From: Candidatus Spongiisociaceae bacterium
GTDB taxonomy: Bacteria; Actinomycetota; Acidimicrobiia; Spongiisociales; Spongiisociaceae
Assembly (NCBI GenBank): GCA_965262915.1
Contig: OZ253564.1
Location: 3,584,001-3,648,000, forward strand
Direction: 5' to 3'
Length of the DNA: 64,000 nucleotides
The notes beneath the pieces are model-generated. The model was not told where the DNA came from, searched no databases, and was given only the letters and a program-made list of their open reading frames with translations. Made by a program: the position numbers and the translations under genes. Below, one piece after another: positions 1 to 10,140 of the stretch; the stretch's first letter is position 1; each line of letters begins with the position of its first letter.

Positions 1-455
1 GCCTTGCTTCTGGCGGTGATGGAGATGTGTCAGTCTCGTGGACCGTTCCCGGCGATGACGGCGGCGCGCCGATCGAGGGCTACAGACTGCAGTGGAAATC
101 CGACGGTCAACAGTACGACCGGTCACGGCAGGTGGTGATCAGCGACCCGTCGACTCTCTACTTCCGTCCCGATGGTCTTATACCAGGTATCCGACATCAA
201 GTGCGGGTCCTCGCCTACAACACCAACGGTGACGGCACACCCTCAGACGACGTCACGGTGGTCACCGATGGCGACCTGTACCTGCACGCCGAATCCAATC
301 CGACCTGGAGCGCCGGTACCGTAACCTCCAGAACGGAGACAAGCATCGGCCATCCCGACTCTGTGATATGGGGTTGGCCGACCTCAACGAGTCCGGTTAC
401 CCCGGTGTGGCAGGCGACCGGATCAGCAATTCCCAGCGTGCGCAGCGTCCCGTAG
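1..455 (+). CDS. Fibronectin type III domain protein, C-terminal part (5' partial, tail may be degenerate)
   Basis: VSWTVPGDDGGAPIEGYRLQWK...GLIPGIRHQVRVLAYNTNGDGTPSD is a typical FN3 repeat. The frame is open to the window edge; sequence after ~270 is not FN3-like. Confidence 0.7.
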   Translation, partial: LASGGDGDVSVSWTVPGDDGGAPIEGYRLQWKSDGQQYDRSRQVVISDPSTLYFRPDGLIPGIRHQVRVLAYNTNGDGTPSDDVTVVTDGDLYLHAESNPTWSAGTVTSRTETSIGHPDSVIWGWPTSTSPVTPVWQATGSAIPSVRSVP

Positions 456-588
456 AACCTCACCTTGCGGCCCCGATGTCCTTTGAGAGGCAGAGACTTG
501 ATACATATGCGGAGATTATGCGGCACGCACGGAGCCCGCGACACGTATGTGTAACGCAAGAAGCAAGGCCGGACTTTCTTTGGTGAAT

Positions 589-1578
589 CTAGGTTATTCC
601 GCCATCCTTACCGTGCTGCACAATCAGGGTCCTATGCGGGAACGGCATCTCTATGCCCGCGGCATCAAGCGCCTCCTTGATCCGAAGGCGTAACTCGCGT
701 TCCGTCCTCCACTGCACGGAAGACCGTGTCTTGGCCCTTACCCGTATGAAGATGCCGGATTCACCCAGGGATTGAACGCCCTTGACTTGGGGCGGTTCGG
801 ATAGTTCGTCTCCACCCCATTCGGGGTCTTCCCACATCTCTTGCCCGGCTTGGCGGATTACTTCCATCGCTTGGCGCAGGTCACAGTCGTACGAGACTTC
901 TACATCTATCTGCGCTCGAGCCCATAGCTGAGAGAAGTTCGCCACAAAGTCTATTCTGCCGTTGGGAACAGTCCAGACGACACCCTGGCGAGTCCGGATC
1001 GAAGTCGACCTGAGAGAGACCTTCTCCACGGTTCCCCGGCCCTTTCCGAAATCGATGTCATCCCCAACGCTGTACGTGTCCTCAATCATCATGAACAGGC
1101 CACTCAAGAAATCTTCGATAGCTGCTTTGGACCCGAAACCTATGGCGACACCGGCGATACCGGCGCCGGCGATGAGTGGGGCCAGGTTGATGCCGAGTTG
1201 GCCTAGAGCCAGCAACCCCGTAAACACCCATATGAGGATCAGGGCCACACTACGAAACACGGTGGCCAGGGTGTCGGCCCTGGCCTTGGCTCGTAACTCT
1301 TCCGCTTCTTGCGAGACCAAGGGATCGCGCCCCACATCCCTGAGCGACGGCCTGTCTATCTTTTCCCTGAAATGTTCGATAGCCCGCTTGACAACCCGAG
1401 ACACCAGCCATCCGACCAGCAGTATCAGCAGAACCGTCAACCCGCGTTCGACGAACCAGGTCGCCAGTTCGGCCAGCAACCTGCTACCCGACCATTCGTA
1501 GACCCTTTCGCATACGAAGGTCGGTTGCTCGCCACATACCGCTGATACTTCGATGCCGGCTTGGGCTAGAACGATCAT
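589..1578 (-). CDS. Small-conductance mechanosensitive channel (MscS family)
   Basis: Three TM helices, AGAGIAGVAIGFG, then the DTYSVGDDI...GTVEKVSLRST...VPNG MscS beta-domain signature. Confidence 0.9.
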   Translation of the reverse strand: MIVLAQAGIEVSAVCGEQPTFVCERVYEWSGSRLLAELATWFVERGLTVLLILLVGWLVSRVVKRAIEHFREKIDRPSLRDVGRDPLVSQEAEELRAKARADTLATVFRSVALILIWVFTGLLALGQLGINLAPLIAGAGIAGVAIGFGSKAAIEDFLSGLFMMIEDTYSVGDDIDFGKGRGTVEKVSLRSTSIRTRQGVVWTVPNGRIDFVANFSQLWARAQIDVEVSYDCDLRQAMEVIRQAGQEMWEDPEWGGDELSEPPQVKGVQSLGESGIFIRVRAKTRSSVQWRTERELRLRIKEALDAAGIEMPFPHRTLIVQHGKDGGIT

Positions 1579-1697
1579 GGGGACACACCTTCGCTTGGAT
1601 TCGGGGAATGAGCCAACGGGGTGGGGTAGAACCGGATCCTAGCGCCTACCGGCGCTCTCAGGAGGAAGGCTCGCCTTTGGACCGCTCCCGGAAACCC

Positions 1698-2591
1698 TCA
1701 AGCCGTGGCCTGTTCGACCCGTAGCTTGAACGTCCGGGCGGAGTGCTGATCCAGCGCCCAATCCACCTCGATGACCTCGGGCAGCTTCGAGCGCTGCTCG
1801 CCGGACAGCCCGAGAGCATGAGTGGTCACCAGAACATCGTGCGGTCCCAGATCCGGAATGTCGTCCGCGCTACCCATGTGCGTCTCGATGCGACCCGCGT
1901 AATACTGCCTCACCAGTGACGAGATCCTCTCGATCCCTCTGGATGTCGGCAGGACCACTACGACCCGCCGGCGAGGGTCGAGCGTGGCGATGCGCCGGAG
2001 TGCGCCGGCCGAGGGAACGAAGTTGAGTTCCACGACCCGGTCCAGTCCTGGTGTCCGGCTGGCGATATCAGCCAGATGGAAGATAGGGACCGCCACCACA
2101 TCGAACTTCTTGTCCCAATCGTCGGACAGCTCCTCCAGGAGTACGGGCCTCACCACGACTCCGGTCGCGTTCTCGATAATGCGAGACATACGCTCGAGAT
2201 CGAATACGTTGCATTCGGCAAAGGCGGTCTGGGCGCTGGTGGTCGCAGAGACGAGTGCCTGCTCGAACATCTTCTCGATCCTGGATGCGGCGTACCCGGC
2301 TGCCATCGCCCGCGAGACGATGCGGACCAGGTCGTCGACGATCTGGGGTTCGGAGTCGACCCGGGACGGTTGCGTGGCAGTGACGAAAGTCCCCCGGCGT
2401 TCCTCGGTCCTTACCAGCCCATCGGCAGCCAATCGCCTGAGAGCACGGCTTACCGTGGAAGGATTGGAATCGAGGGCCCGGGCGAGGGCCCGGCAGGAAG
2501 GAAGGCGCGAACCGAGGGGGAAAGCACCCGAGCCGAGACGTTCCAGAACCAGCATGTAAACGTCATCCACGGATCGTGGCAGACGATTCAT
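1698..2591 (-). CDS. GntR-family transcriptional regulator with long C-terminal sensor domain
   Basis: N-terminal wHTH (GSRLPSCRALARALDSNPSTVSRALRRL...RRGTFV); ATGA overlap with the upstream gene at 2588-2591. Confidence 0.85.
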   Translation of the reverse strand: MNRLPRSVDDVYMLVLERLGSGAFPLGSRLPSCRALARALDSNPSTVSRALRRLAADGLVRTEERRGTFVTATQPSRVDSEPQIVDDLVRIVSRAMAAGYAASRIEKMFEQALVSATTSAQTAFAECNVFDLERMSRIIENATGVVVRPVLLEELSDDWDKKFDVVAVPIFHLADIASRTPGLDRVVELNFVPSAGALRRIATLDPRRRVVVVLPTSRGIERISSLVRQYYAGRIETHMGSADDIPDLGPHDVLVTTHALGLSGEQRSKLPEVIEVDWALDQHSARTFKLRVEQATA

Positions 2592-3559
2592 CGCTTCCTC
2601 CCGGTGTACAACGTGAGGGGGGCCTCATACGGTAGGAGTCGGGGCTCTTCGAAGCCCGCTTCCTCGAGCATGGCTTCCAGGGTCTGCCGCGCATGGGCTG
2701 CCCCTCCGGTCTCGACCCGCATCATCACATCGAAGAGCCTCCCGAACGCGCCGGGACCACGGTCGGCGGCGAAGTCGTTGACGACAACCCGGCCACCCGA
2801 CACCAAGGATCTCCGGACTCGCCTCAGCAGATCGACCCCCGCATTCCGGGGGAGATCGTGCAGCAGGTGCGACACCAGGGCCGCATCCATCGAACCCGGC
2901 GGGACACCGCAGGAGGGGTGCTCGAAGAGGTCGACCCCGATGACCGATACGCCCGTACCCGCCAGGCGATCCGCCGCCCACTCCGCCACCCGTGGCAGGT
3001 CCACCAGCGTGACCGTCGACCCGGCCTCGTCCAGCAGCCTCGAATAGGTCCCCAGACCTCCCCCCACGTCCAGCACCCGTTTGCGCGGTGCGAGATCGGC
3101 GATCTGTCGCAGCGGCGGTCCGCCGATCCTGGCCAGGACGTCAAGCGCTTCGAGAAAGGCACGCGCCCGGGCAGGGCGGGTTTCCAACATCGATCTCCAG
3201 GGCTCCATTACCGGACGACCCTCCACGATTACCTTGTCGAGATGGGCCCAGGCTTCCGCGAAGACGGCTTCCTTGGCTACGACCAGAGCCATCTGCCCGT
3301 CCCGGCCGAGGCGACAGACCGCATAGCGAGTGGCGGCGTACCCGTCCGCAGACCTCCCCACCAGGCCAAGGGAGCAGAGCGCTTCCAGCAGCGCAGCCAG
3401 GTTGGATGGATCTGCCGCAAGTTTGGCGGCCAGATCCTCGGCCCGCATCGGGACACGCCCCAGAGTCTCGAACACCCCGAGCCGCAGGGCGGTGGTGACC
3501 ACGGCAGCGGGCTGGTAGCCGGTTATGAGGTCGATCAGAGCCCAGTCGTTGTCGATCAT
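2588..3559 (-). CDS. SAM-dependent methyltransferase (Methyltransf_2, O/N-MT with dimerisation domain)
   Basis: N-terminal dimerisation HTH (TALRLGVFETL), VLDVGGGLG motif, VDLP, SHLLHD. Confidence 0.85.
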   Translation of the reverse strand: MIDNDWALIDLITGYQPAAVVTTALRLGVFETLGRVPMRAEDLAAKLAADPSNLAALLEALCSLGLVGRSADGYAATRYAVCRLGRDGQMALVVAKEAVFAEAWAHLDKVIVEGRPVMEPWRSMLETRPARARAFLEALDVLARIGGPPLRQIADLAPRKRVLDVGGGLGTYSRLLDEAGSTVTLVDLPRVAEWAADRLAGTGVSVIGVDLFEHPSCGVPPGSMDAALVSHLLHDLPRNAGVDLLRRVRRSLVSGGRVVVNDFAADRGPGAFGRLFDVMMRVETGGAAHARQTLEAMLEEAGFEEPRLLPYEAPLTLYTGRKR

Positions 3560-5130
3560 CGGCGTCTCAGACTTCGGTACAGGCGCCAGCCTCGCCAGGC
3601 GGCTGCGAGCCCGGATAGCCTGTCGCCGCGTACGCCTCTTCGACCAAGGTCCCCCAGGAGTGCCAGCGCGGCGTTCCTACCCGGCAGCCCGGACAGACCT
3701 CCTCCTGGGAAGGTCCCGGCGCCGGAGAGATAGAGCCATGGTACGTCGGCACGGTATCCGAGCCCGGTCGGGGGCCTCAGCGAGAACATCTGGTCGATGG
3801 TCATGTCTATGTGGTTGGGGTTCCCGAAGACGGCACCCGTGCGCCTCTCCCATGCGGGCGGTCCGGTGACCCTCATATCGACTATCCGGTCCCTGATGTC
3901 ATCCCCGGTCACGGCTACGAAACCATCGATGAGCCAGTCGGCCGTCTCGGCGACCGCCTCCTCGGTCCAATCGCCCCCGTGTAGGCGGGCCGGGACGAAG
4001 GTCGACATCCATGACGTTCCCCCACCCTGTGGCGCTGCCGAGGGATCGAGAGCGGACGGCGACGCCCAGAGCAGGGACGGTTCGGAAGGGCGGAGACCGG
4101 CCGCTATCTCCCCGAAGGAACGGGTCATCGCGCCTGGTCGCGGCTGGAGCATCCAGATGGCCTCCGGAGTTCCGAAGCCTCCCGGTTCAGCCGGGGCGGA
4201 AAGCGCTAAGTCGACCTTGAACTCGGCAACGTTGAGCGAACCGCTGGTTGCCATCCGTCCGGCATCCGTCACGGCGCGAGGTGGGCGGACGAGGAGGCGG
4301 CTGGTTCGTCGACTGTCGAGGGTGGACACCACCATGTCGAATCGTTCGCCGACGCCTACGGAGGTGGTGATGACGACACCCCGGTCCGACCCGTCCACCG
4401 ATGTTACGGCTGCGCTGTTGCGGAGTTCTCCCCCGGCGGAGTCCAGGGCGGCTGCCAGAGCATTGATCAACTGGACGGATCCGCCTATGGGCCTACCTGG
4501 ACCGTGACCGTGCGATCCGGCGAGCAGAAAACCGAACAGCCCCGTCCCGGGCAACCACGGAGGGAGTTGGGTGAACGCCCCGTACATGGTGAGCGCACCC
4601 GCCAGGTGCGGATCGCTCACATAGGTACCCACGATCTTTTCGGACGAACCCAAGATGAGGTGAAGGGGATCCATGCCTCCGATAGGACCGACTCGGGCGA
4701 TATCCGCGAGCGAAGGACCCTTCGACATTCCATCGAGCATCGCGAAGAGGTCGGAACCGACCCGCGATAGCGTCTCGTAGCCGGCGATGTCCTCCGGTTC
4801 CAGACGGGAGAAACCCCTGAGGGTGGTTTCGAGGTCTCGGTGGAACAGCAGCCGGGTTCCGTCCCCGTATGCGGCCCCGGCGGTCACATCCCGGAACACG
4901 TATTCCAGCCCGAACCGGGCGAGACCCAACTCGTCGACTACAGCGAGGATGGGGCCATGGTCTATCGCGCCGCGTTCGAGACGATGGCCCGACTGGAGCT
5001 GGTCTGTCCATATGCAACCTCCGGGCGTTGCGTTCGCTTCGAAGACCGTCACCTGCAGACCTGCGTTGGCGAGGAAGCAGGCACAGACGAGCCCGTTGTG
5101 GCCGCCACCGATTACTGCGACCCTGGTCAT
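3556..5130 (-). CDS. Phytoene desaturase-like (CrtI/PYROXD2-type) FAD oxidoreductase
   Basis: VIGGGHNGLVCA dinucleotide motif, PIGGS, LYLSGAGTFPGGGLSGLPGRNAA C-terminal motif. Confidence 0.85.
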   Translation of the reverse strand: MTRVAVIGGGHNGLVCACFLANAGLQVTVFEANATPGGCIWTDQLQSGHRLERGAIDHGPILAVVDELGLARFGLEYVFRDVTAGAAYGDGTRLLFHRDLETTLRGFSRLEPEDIAGYETLSRVGSDLFAMLDGMSKGPSLADIARVGPIGGMDPLHLILGSSEKIVGTYVSDPHLAGALTMYGAFTQLPPWLPGTGLFGFLLAGSHGHGPGRPIGGSVQLINALAAALDSAGGELRNSAAVTSVDGSDRGVVITTSVGVGERFDMVVSTLDSRRTSRLLVRPPRAVTDAGRMATSGSLNVAEFKVDLALSAPAEPGGFGTPEAIWMLQPRPGAMTRSFGEIAAGLRPSEPSLLWASPSALDPSAAPQGGGTSWMSTFVPARLHGGDWTEEAVAETADWLIDGFVAVTGDDIRDRIVDMRVTGPPAWERRTGAVFGNPNHIDMTIDQMFSLRPPTGLGYRADVPWLYLSGAGTFPGGGLSGLPGRNAALALLGDLGRRGVRGDRLSGLAAAWRGWRLYRSLRRR

Positions 5131-6515
5131 AGGGAGGAGTGGACGCCGGTCAGCCCTGCTCGGGCTGCCACGGTACGGGCCAGCGCACGGCTCCGGCCGA
5201 TCTGTTGGGGTTCGTCGATCGTGGTCAGCTCCCCGTCGGCGAGCAGCCGGCGCCCGTCCACCCAGACGTTGCTCACCGACCGGGGCCCGGCACAGTAGAC
5301 GACCTGCTGGTACGGATCGTGGATGGCGGCCAACTCGACGGTAGGGTCGAGAAGCACTACGTCGGCCCGCTTGCCGACCTTGAGGCTCCCGACAGTGCCG
5401 TCGACCCCCAGCGCACGGGCCCCGCCCAGGGTTGCCATCTCCAAAGCGTCATAGGCTGACATCACGGCCGGATCGAGGTGGTGCACCTTCTGCAGGAGGG
5501 CGGCCATCTTGACCGCCTCGAACATGTTCTGGGAGTCGTTGGAGGCGGGACCATCCGTGCCGATCCCGATCGCGAGACCCGCCGCCTTGAGGCGTCCGAG
5601 AGGGCATACACCGGAGCCGAGGATCATGTTGGCAACCGGGTTGTGGGCGACACCGACGCCGTGCGCGGAGAGCACATCGATGTCCTCCTGGGTGACCCAG
5701 ATGACGTGGGCCGCAAGCATCGGCATGTCTAGGAAGCCGAGGACGGACGCCATGGGTATCGGTCGCCGCCCCCAGCGCAGAGAGGCGTCGACGACCTCCT
5801 CCCTCACCTCCGCGAGGTGGGTGTGGACGGACCAATCGTTCTCCCGACAGGCGGCGGCACCGGCCTCGAGGAGCTCGTCGGACTGGCCGAGCAGGGTCCC
5901 GATCCCGTACCTGAAGTCCAGCATCTCCGATTCGCCTGCGGCCCTGGCCAGGTCGTGGTGCTCCTCGAGCACTTCATCCACCGACATGGCGGGTACCGAC
6001 GTCGTCTCTCCGAGAGCGTCCTCGGCGCCGAAGCTGACCGTGCCCCGCAGTCCGGCGTGTCTGAGACCTTCGACGACCCCGAGAGAGGCGCGGGTCCCGG
6101 GGTTGGAGTGAACGAACATGTCGTTCACATAGGTGATCCCGCTGCGGATCATCTCGATGGCTTTGAGCAGGGTTCCCTCGCGGGCCATCTCGAAGGTGAG
6201 GTTGCGGGATACGGGCGTGACGATGTCCTGGCCCCACTCGTAGAGCATCTTCTCCGAACCCATACCTGGTATCAGGGCTTCGGAGAGGTGGGTGTGGATA
6301 TTGACCATCCCCGGTATCACGATCCCGTTCCCGTCTCCGACCACCGGGGCGCTCGGGTGGAGGCGTCTCAGACGGCTGTACGGGCCGACGTCGGTGACTG
6401 TGCCTTCTGAGAGGCAGACCGCGCCGTCGGATACGGCGCCGCCCGAGCCCATGGTCAGGATCCAGGCAGCCCGCACCACCACCGTCTCGCGTGGCGGCAA
6501 GCACCTCATCGTCAA
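5127..6515 (-). CDS. Metal-dependent amidohydrolase (MTA/SAH-deaminase or 8-oxoguanine-deaminase-like)
   Basis: PGMVNIHTH, HTHLAE, AHVIW, HNPVANM, GTDG motifs. Confidence 0.85.
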   Translation of the reverse strand: MTMRCLPPRETVVVRAAWILTMGSGGAVSDGAVCLSEGTVTDVGPYSRLRRLHPSAPVVGDGNGIVIPGMVNIHTHLSEALIPGMGSEKMLYEWGQDIVTPVSRNLTFEMAREGTLLKAIEMIRSGITYVNDMFVHSNPGTRASLGVVEGLRHAGLRGTVSFGAEDALGETTSVPAMSVDEVLEEHHDLARAAGESEMLDFRYGIGTLLGQSDELLEAGAAACRENDWSVHTHLAEVREEVVDASLRWGRRPIPMASVLGFLDMPMLAAHVIWVTQEDIDVLSAHGVGVAHNPVANMILGSGVCPLGRLKAAGLAIGIGTDGPASNDSQNMFEAVKMAALLQKVHHLDPAVMSAYDALEMATLGGARALGVDGTVGSLKVGKRADVVLLDPTVELAAIHDPYQQVVYCAGPRSVSNVWVDGRRLLADGELTTIDEPQQIGRSRALARTVAARAGLTGVHSSL

Positions 6516-7771
6516 CCCGACAGGGAAGCCATCGACGTACCCAACACGTCAATGAAGCGATCGATCTCGGTATGCTCGATCACCAGCGGGGGCGCGACCC
6601 GGACCGTACCGGCGGAGTTCAGCATCGACCCGACTACGACCCCGCGTCGGGCCATGTCGTCGACGAGCGGCTGGGCGAGGTATGCGGGGTCGACATCGAA
6701 GGCACACCAAAGCCCGATACCTCTTGAACCTACGAGCGTACCCGGATAGCTCCGCTGCACGGATCGGAGACCGTCCCTTAGGTACTCCCCCATCTCGGTG
6801 GCCCTCTTCACCAGGCCATTTTCTTGGATGACATCGAAGGCGGCCACAGCCGCCGCGCACGAGACAGGATTGCCGCCGAAGGTGGTCAGGTGTGACAGCG
6901 GCGGGTCCAGGAAGGTCGAGAAGATGTCCTCCGTGGAGATGAACGCCCCCAATGGCAGACCACCCCCGAAAGCCTTGGCAATCGTGATCACGTCCGGTGT
7001 CACGTCCCAGTTCTGGCAGGAGAACCAGTGCCCGGAGCGGCCCATTGCCCCCTGTACCTCGTCGCAGACCAGAAGGGCGCCGCGGTCGGTGCACAGCTCG
7101 CGGAGCCCCGGCAAGAAGCTATCGGACGGGATCCGCACTCCCCCTTCGCCCTGGATCGGCTCGACGATGACGGCCGCAATGTCGTCATCGATGGCGAGCG
7201 CCGCGGCGTCCAGATCGTCGAACGGGACGAAACGCACCGGCCCGAGGAGCGGCTCGAAGGGCTTGCGCCACTCCTCTTTCCATGTGACAGACAGCGAACC
7301 GAAGGTCCGGCCGTGGAAGGAGCGCTCGAAGGCAACGAAACCGGGACGTCCGGTGTACTTGCGGGCCAACTTCAGGGCGCCTTCAGTGGCCTCGGTTCCG
7401 GTGCTGGTCAGGAAGGCGACGTCCAGGTTGCCGGGGGTGACCGATGCCAGGCGCCGGGCAATCTCCACCTGGGGCGGCAGCGTGAATCGTCCGTACACGT
7501 CGACGTGTGCGAAGCGGTCGAGCTGACTCTTGATCGCTTCAACCACCACCGGGTGGCAGTGCCCGACGTTCGAGACGGCGATTCCCGAGATCATGTCGAG
7601 CAGTATCCGCCCCTCAGCCGTCTTGAGGGAGCATCCGGCCGCGTCCACGATGACCGTCTCTTTGATACCCGGCACCGTCTGACACAGGTGAGCCACGAAG
7701 TCGGTCCGGTAGGCGTCGGCATCCGCGCCGGACATCACCGGCTTTGTATCTAGTAGCTTCGGAGCCGTCAC
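6512..7771 (-). CDS. Class III PLP aminotransferase (ArgD/putrescine aminotransferase-like)
   Basis: GTEATEGALK, SFHGRT, EPIQGEGG, DEVQ, AKAFGGG (PLP Lys). GTG start at 7771 overlaps the upstream stop (GTGA). Confidence 0.88.
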   Translation of the reverse strand: MTAPKLLDTKPVMSGADADAYRTDFVAHLCQTVPGIKETVIVDAAGCSLKTAEGRILLDMISGIAVSNVGHCHPVVVEAIKSQLDRFAHVDVYGRFTLPPQVEIARRLASVTPGNLDVAFLTSTGTEATEGALKLARKYTGRPGFVAFERSFHGRTFGSLSVTWKEEWRKPFEPLLGPVRFVPFDDLDAAALAIDDDIAAVIVEPIQGEGGVRIPSDSFLPGLRELCTDRGALLVCDEVQGAMGRSGHWFSCQNWDVTPDVITIAKAFGGGLPLGAFISTEDIFSTFLDPPLSHLTTFGGNPVSCAAAVAAFDVIQENGLVKRATEMGEYLRDGLRSVQRSYPGTLVGSRGIGLWCAFDVDPAYLAQPLVDDMARRGVVVGSMLNSAGTVRVAPPLVIEHTEIDRFIDVLGTSMASLSG

Positions 7772-8472
7772 GATCCCACCTGCCGTCGCTCGGCGGAGGC
7801 CGATCCATAGGTGCGGAGCATCCACTGCTTGGCGCGGATGAGTTCGGCATCCGAGTCCTCCAACCGCCTCTTCCATATCCGTTGGCGCTTCCCCATCATC
7901 CCTATACCTGCGCTGCGAGCCTGCACCACCACCCGGGCCCGCTCCTCGAGGAACCACAGGCGGGTACCCGCTTCGAGGAGGTCACCTCCCACCGACAGGC
8001 ACCCGTTGGCTTGCAGCAGCACGCTGAAATCGTCGCCGAGTGTGGCCGCGACTTCAGCCGCGGACTCCGGTGTCTTGATGAGTTCTATCTCCGGGTACAC
8101 CCGCACCACCGGGCCTGCCATGCCACCCAGCCCGTGGAGAAGAGGAAGACGCTCCGGAACTATGCCCCACACCACCACGTGGGGCGGATGCCCCCTACAG
8201 ATCGCCTCGACATCAGGACGGGCGTCGTAGATGGCAGCGTGCATGGGTGTTTCCAAGGGAAGTTCATCCACGGGGCCTGCGACCGGATTACCCGACTCGA
8301 CGACTATTACATCGTCCACCGTGGCGTCGAGCATGGGCCTGGTGCTGGTGATGAGAAACCCCGACGGGGTACGCGCCGAGACATGCCCGAAAGCTTCCAC
8401 CAACCCGGCGGCGGCCACCATTCGGGCGGTCGATGCCACGTCCGTACGTCGGACGGCGGATACGGAGCTCAC
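7768..8472 (-). CDS. Class II aldolase/adducin family protein
   Basis: GLVEAFGHVSAR, PLETPMHAAIYDARPDV, LLQANG; GTG start at 8472 overlaps the upstream TGA. Confidence 0.85.
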   Translation of the reverse strand: MSSVSAVRRTDVASTARMVAAAGLVEAFGHVSARTPSGFLITSTRPMLDATVDDVIVVESGNPVAGPVDELPLETPMHAAIYDARPDVEAICRGHPPHVVVWGIVPERLPLLHGLGGMAGPVVRVYPEIELIKTPESAAEVAATLGDDFSVLLQANGCLSVGGDLLEAGTRLWFLEERARVVVQARSAGIGMMGKRQRIWKRRLEDSDAELIRAKQWMLRTYGSASAERRQVGS

Positions 8473-9503
8473 ACAGTCTCCAACCACGCGGTGAGATGGG
8501 TCAAGATCTCGGGCAGTCCCAGCGGGGTGTCGTTGCCGTCCCCGCGGGCGTACACCGCTCGGACCGCGCCCGGAGTTGCCTTGCGACCTTCCGCCCGGAG
8601 CCTTACTGCGAGTCGGGCGCGTGCTTCCTCGAGTTGGTCCTGGCTCGGCATCACGGTCGCCAGACCGGGCGCCTTCTCTAGGACCCCGACCAGTCGGACC
8701 GGTCCTTCGAGCCCACTCCGCGACATCGCAAGACCCTCCGCTCTCCGAAAGGCCGTGTCCGCCATAAAGCTGCGATGCGTCAAACCGGGAGACACCCAGG
8801 CGGCGATGGCGGAGTAAGCAGGCGACAGTCGGGTGAGGGCCCGCCTTATCACGTCTGCGAGATAGTTGTGGGTCTCGGCGTACGCCTGACGTTCCCCAGG
8901 TCCCCACCTCCACCGGCCGTTCCCCAAAGGGACCGCGGTGCAGTCCGCCCGCTCCGGGGAAACCGACGTACCCCTCGCCTCGAAGAGACCCGGATCGTCG
9001 TAGACCGCAGCCGGGCTACGCCGGCCCCGCCAGTAGTAGATGTGGGGGTATGGCACCATGGCCATCGGCTCGGACAGGACGAAACGGTCCAGGTACACGT
9101 CACCCTTCCGCAGAGGCCCGTCGTGCAACAACTCCGGATCCTCCCCCTCCTCCAGGTAGTCGACCAGGGCATCGGGTGCGGTGGATACCCCGTCCGGCTT
9201 CCAACCTGCTGCCAGGAGGGCGCCGTTGATGGCGCGATGCTCGCGGCTCGTGGAGTAAGGCTTCAGCTTGGTGCAGGGAATGAGCAGCGCAACGCGGTGG
9301 GAACCGGCCGGAGTGGAAGGCGGTTCCCACCGGTCCTTGATGTACTCGTGGAATGCGGCCACCTCGGGATGGCTCATCGCATCCACGTTGGCCTGGGGCG
9401 AGTAGAAGCGCAGCGACGGGTCCAGCTCGAACGGCCGGCGGATCTTCCTCGCCGACTCGGACCAGCGTGCGTCTTGGGTTGCTTCCTTCGCGGTGGTGGT
9501 CAT
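8469..9503 (-). CDS. Stand-alone DUF5591/ArcS-like protein (PCxxxKPY motif), function unknown
   Basis: ALLIPCTKLKPYSTSREH...VLSEPMAMVP resembles the archaeosine-synthase catalytic-Cys domain; RBS GGAGG upstream. Confidence 0.65.
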   Translation of the reverse strand: MTTTAKEATQDARWSESARKIRRPFELDPSLRFYSPQANVDAMSHPEVAAFHEYIKDRWEPPSTPAGSHRVALLIPCTKLKPYSTSREHRAINGALLAAGWKPDGVSTAPDALVDYLEEGEDPELLHDGPLRKGDVYLDRFVLSEPMAMVPYPHIYYWRGRRSPAAVYDDPGLFEARGTSVSPERADCTAVPLGNGRWRWGPGERQAYAETHNYLADVIRRALTRLSPAYSAIAAWVSPGLTHRSFMADTAFRRAEGLAMSRSGLEGPVRLVGVLEKAPGLATVMPSQDQLEEARARLAVRLRAEGRKATPGAVRAVYARGDGNDTPLGLPEILTHLTAWLETV

Positions 9504-9521
9504 CCATTCCTCCTGTACTGC

Positions 9522-10124
9522 TCACTCATCCCGCACCCTCATCATCATCGAGGTCGGGTTGAAATCGTTGCATGGTGTGAGATCCTGGGGACAGGCCGAG
9601 AGCAGAACCACCAGGTCCTCGTGAACCAGCAAGGTCATGGTCGCGCCGGCCTCGTGAGCCGCCGGGTCCGTGACCACATCACCGTCGTCGGTCAACCGGT
9701 TGTGCATGAAGACGTTCCAGGCCGTCTCGCCGTGCAACTCGATGTCCTCGCCCAGCAGATCCCGGGCCTGTTCGAGATTCGCCAGGCAGTGGGGATGGTC
9801 GTCGAGGTCATAGTCGCGCTTGAACCGTTCGTGGTCGCAGCAGGGGACGATGATGTCGTGTTTCTCAACGTCATCCCTCACGATCGTGAAAACCGGATTG
9901 CGACGGTTGGAGAACAGTTGGGATCCGGTGACCAACAGGATCGAAGCGTTGCACGACACGGTATGGGTCGGGGACATGTACTCGGAGGGATCGTCTCGGA
10001 ACCAGGCAATCAGATCACCGACCTGATGACCTTCCAGGTCGACGATATCGAGCATCTGACCCTTTTGGACGTAGACGCCTCTGCCCCCCCGGGCCGGGAC
10101 TACTACTTCAACTGCGTGGCTCAT
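9522..10124 (-). CDS. DUF1989 urea-carboxylase-associated family protein
   Basis: DLEGHQVGD, HDIIVPCC, HCLANL, LSACPQDLTPCNDFNPT Zn motifs. Confidence 0.9.
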   Translation of the reverse strand: MSHAVEVVVPARGGRGVYVQKGQMLDIVDLEGHQVGDLIAWFRDDPSEYMSPTHTVSCNASILLVTGSQLFSNRRNPVFTIVRDDVEKHDIIVPCCDHERFKRDYDLDDHPHCLANLEQARDLLGEDIELHGETAWNVFMHNRLTDDGDVVTDPAAHEAGATMTLLVHEDLVVLLSACPQDLTPCNDFNPTSMMMRVRDE

Positions 10125-10140
10125 CTTGTCAAACTCCAGT

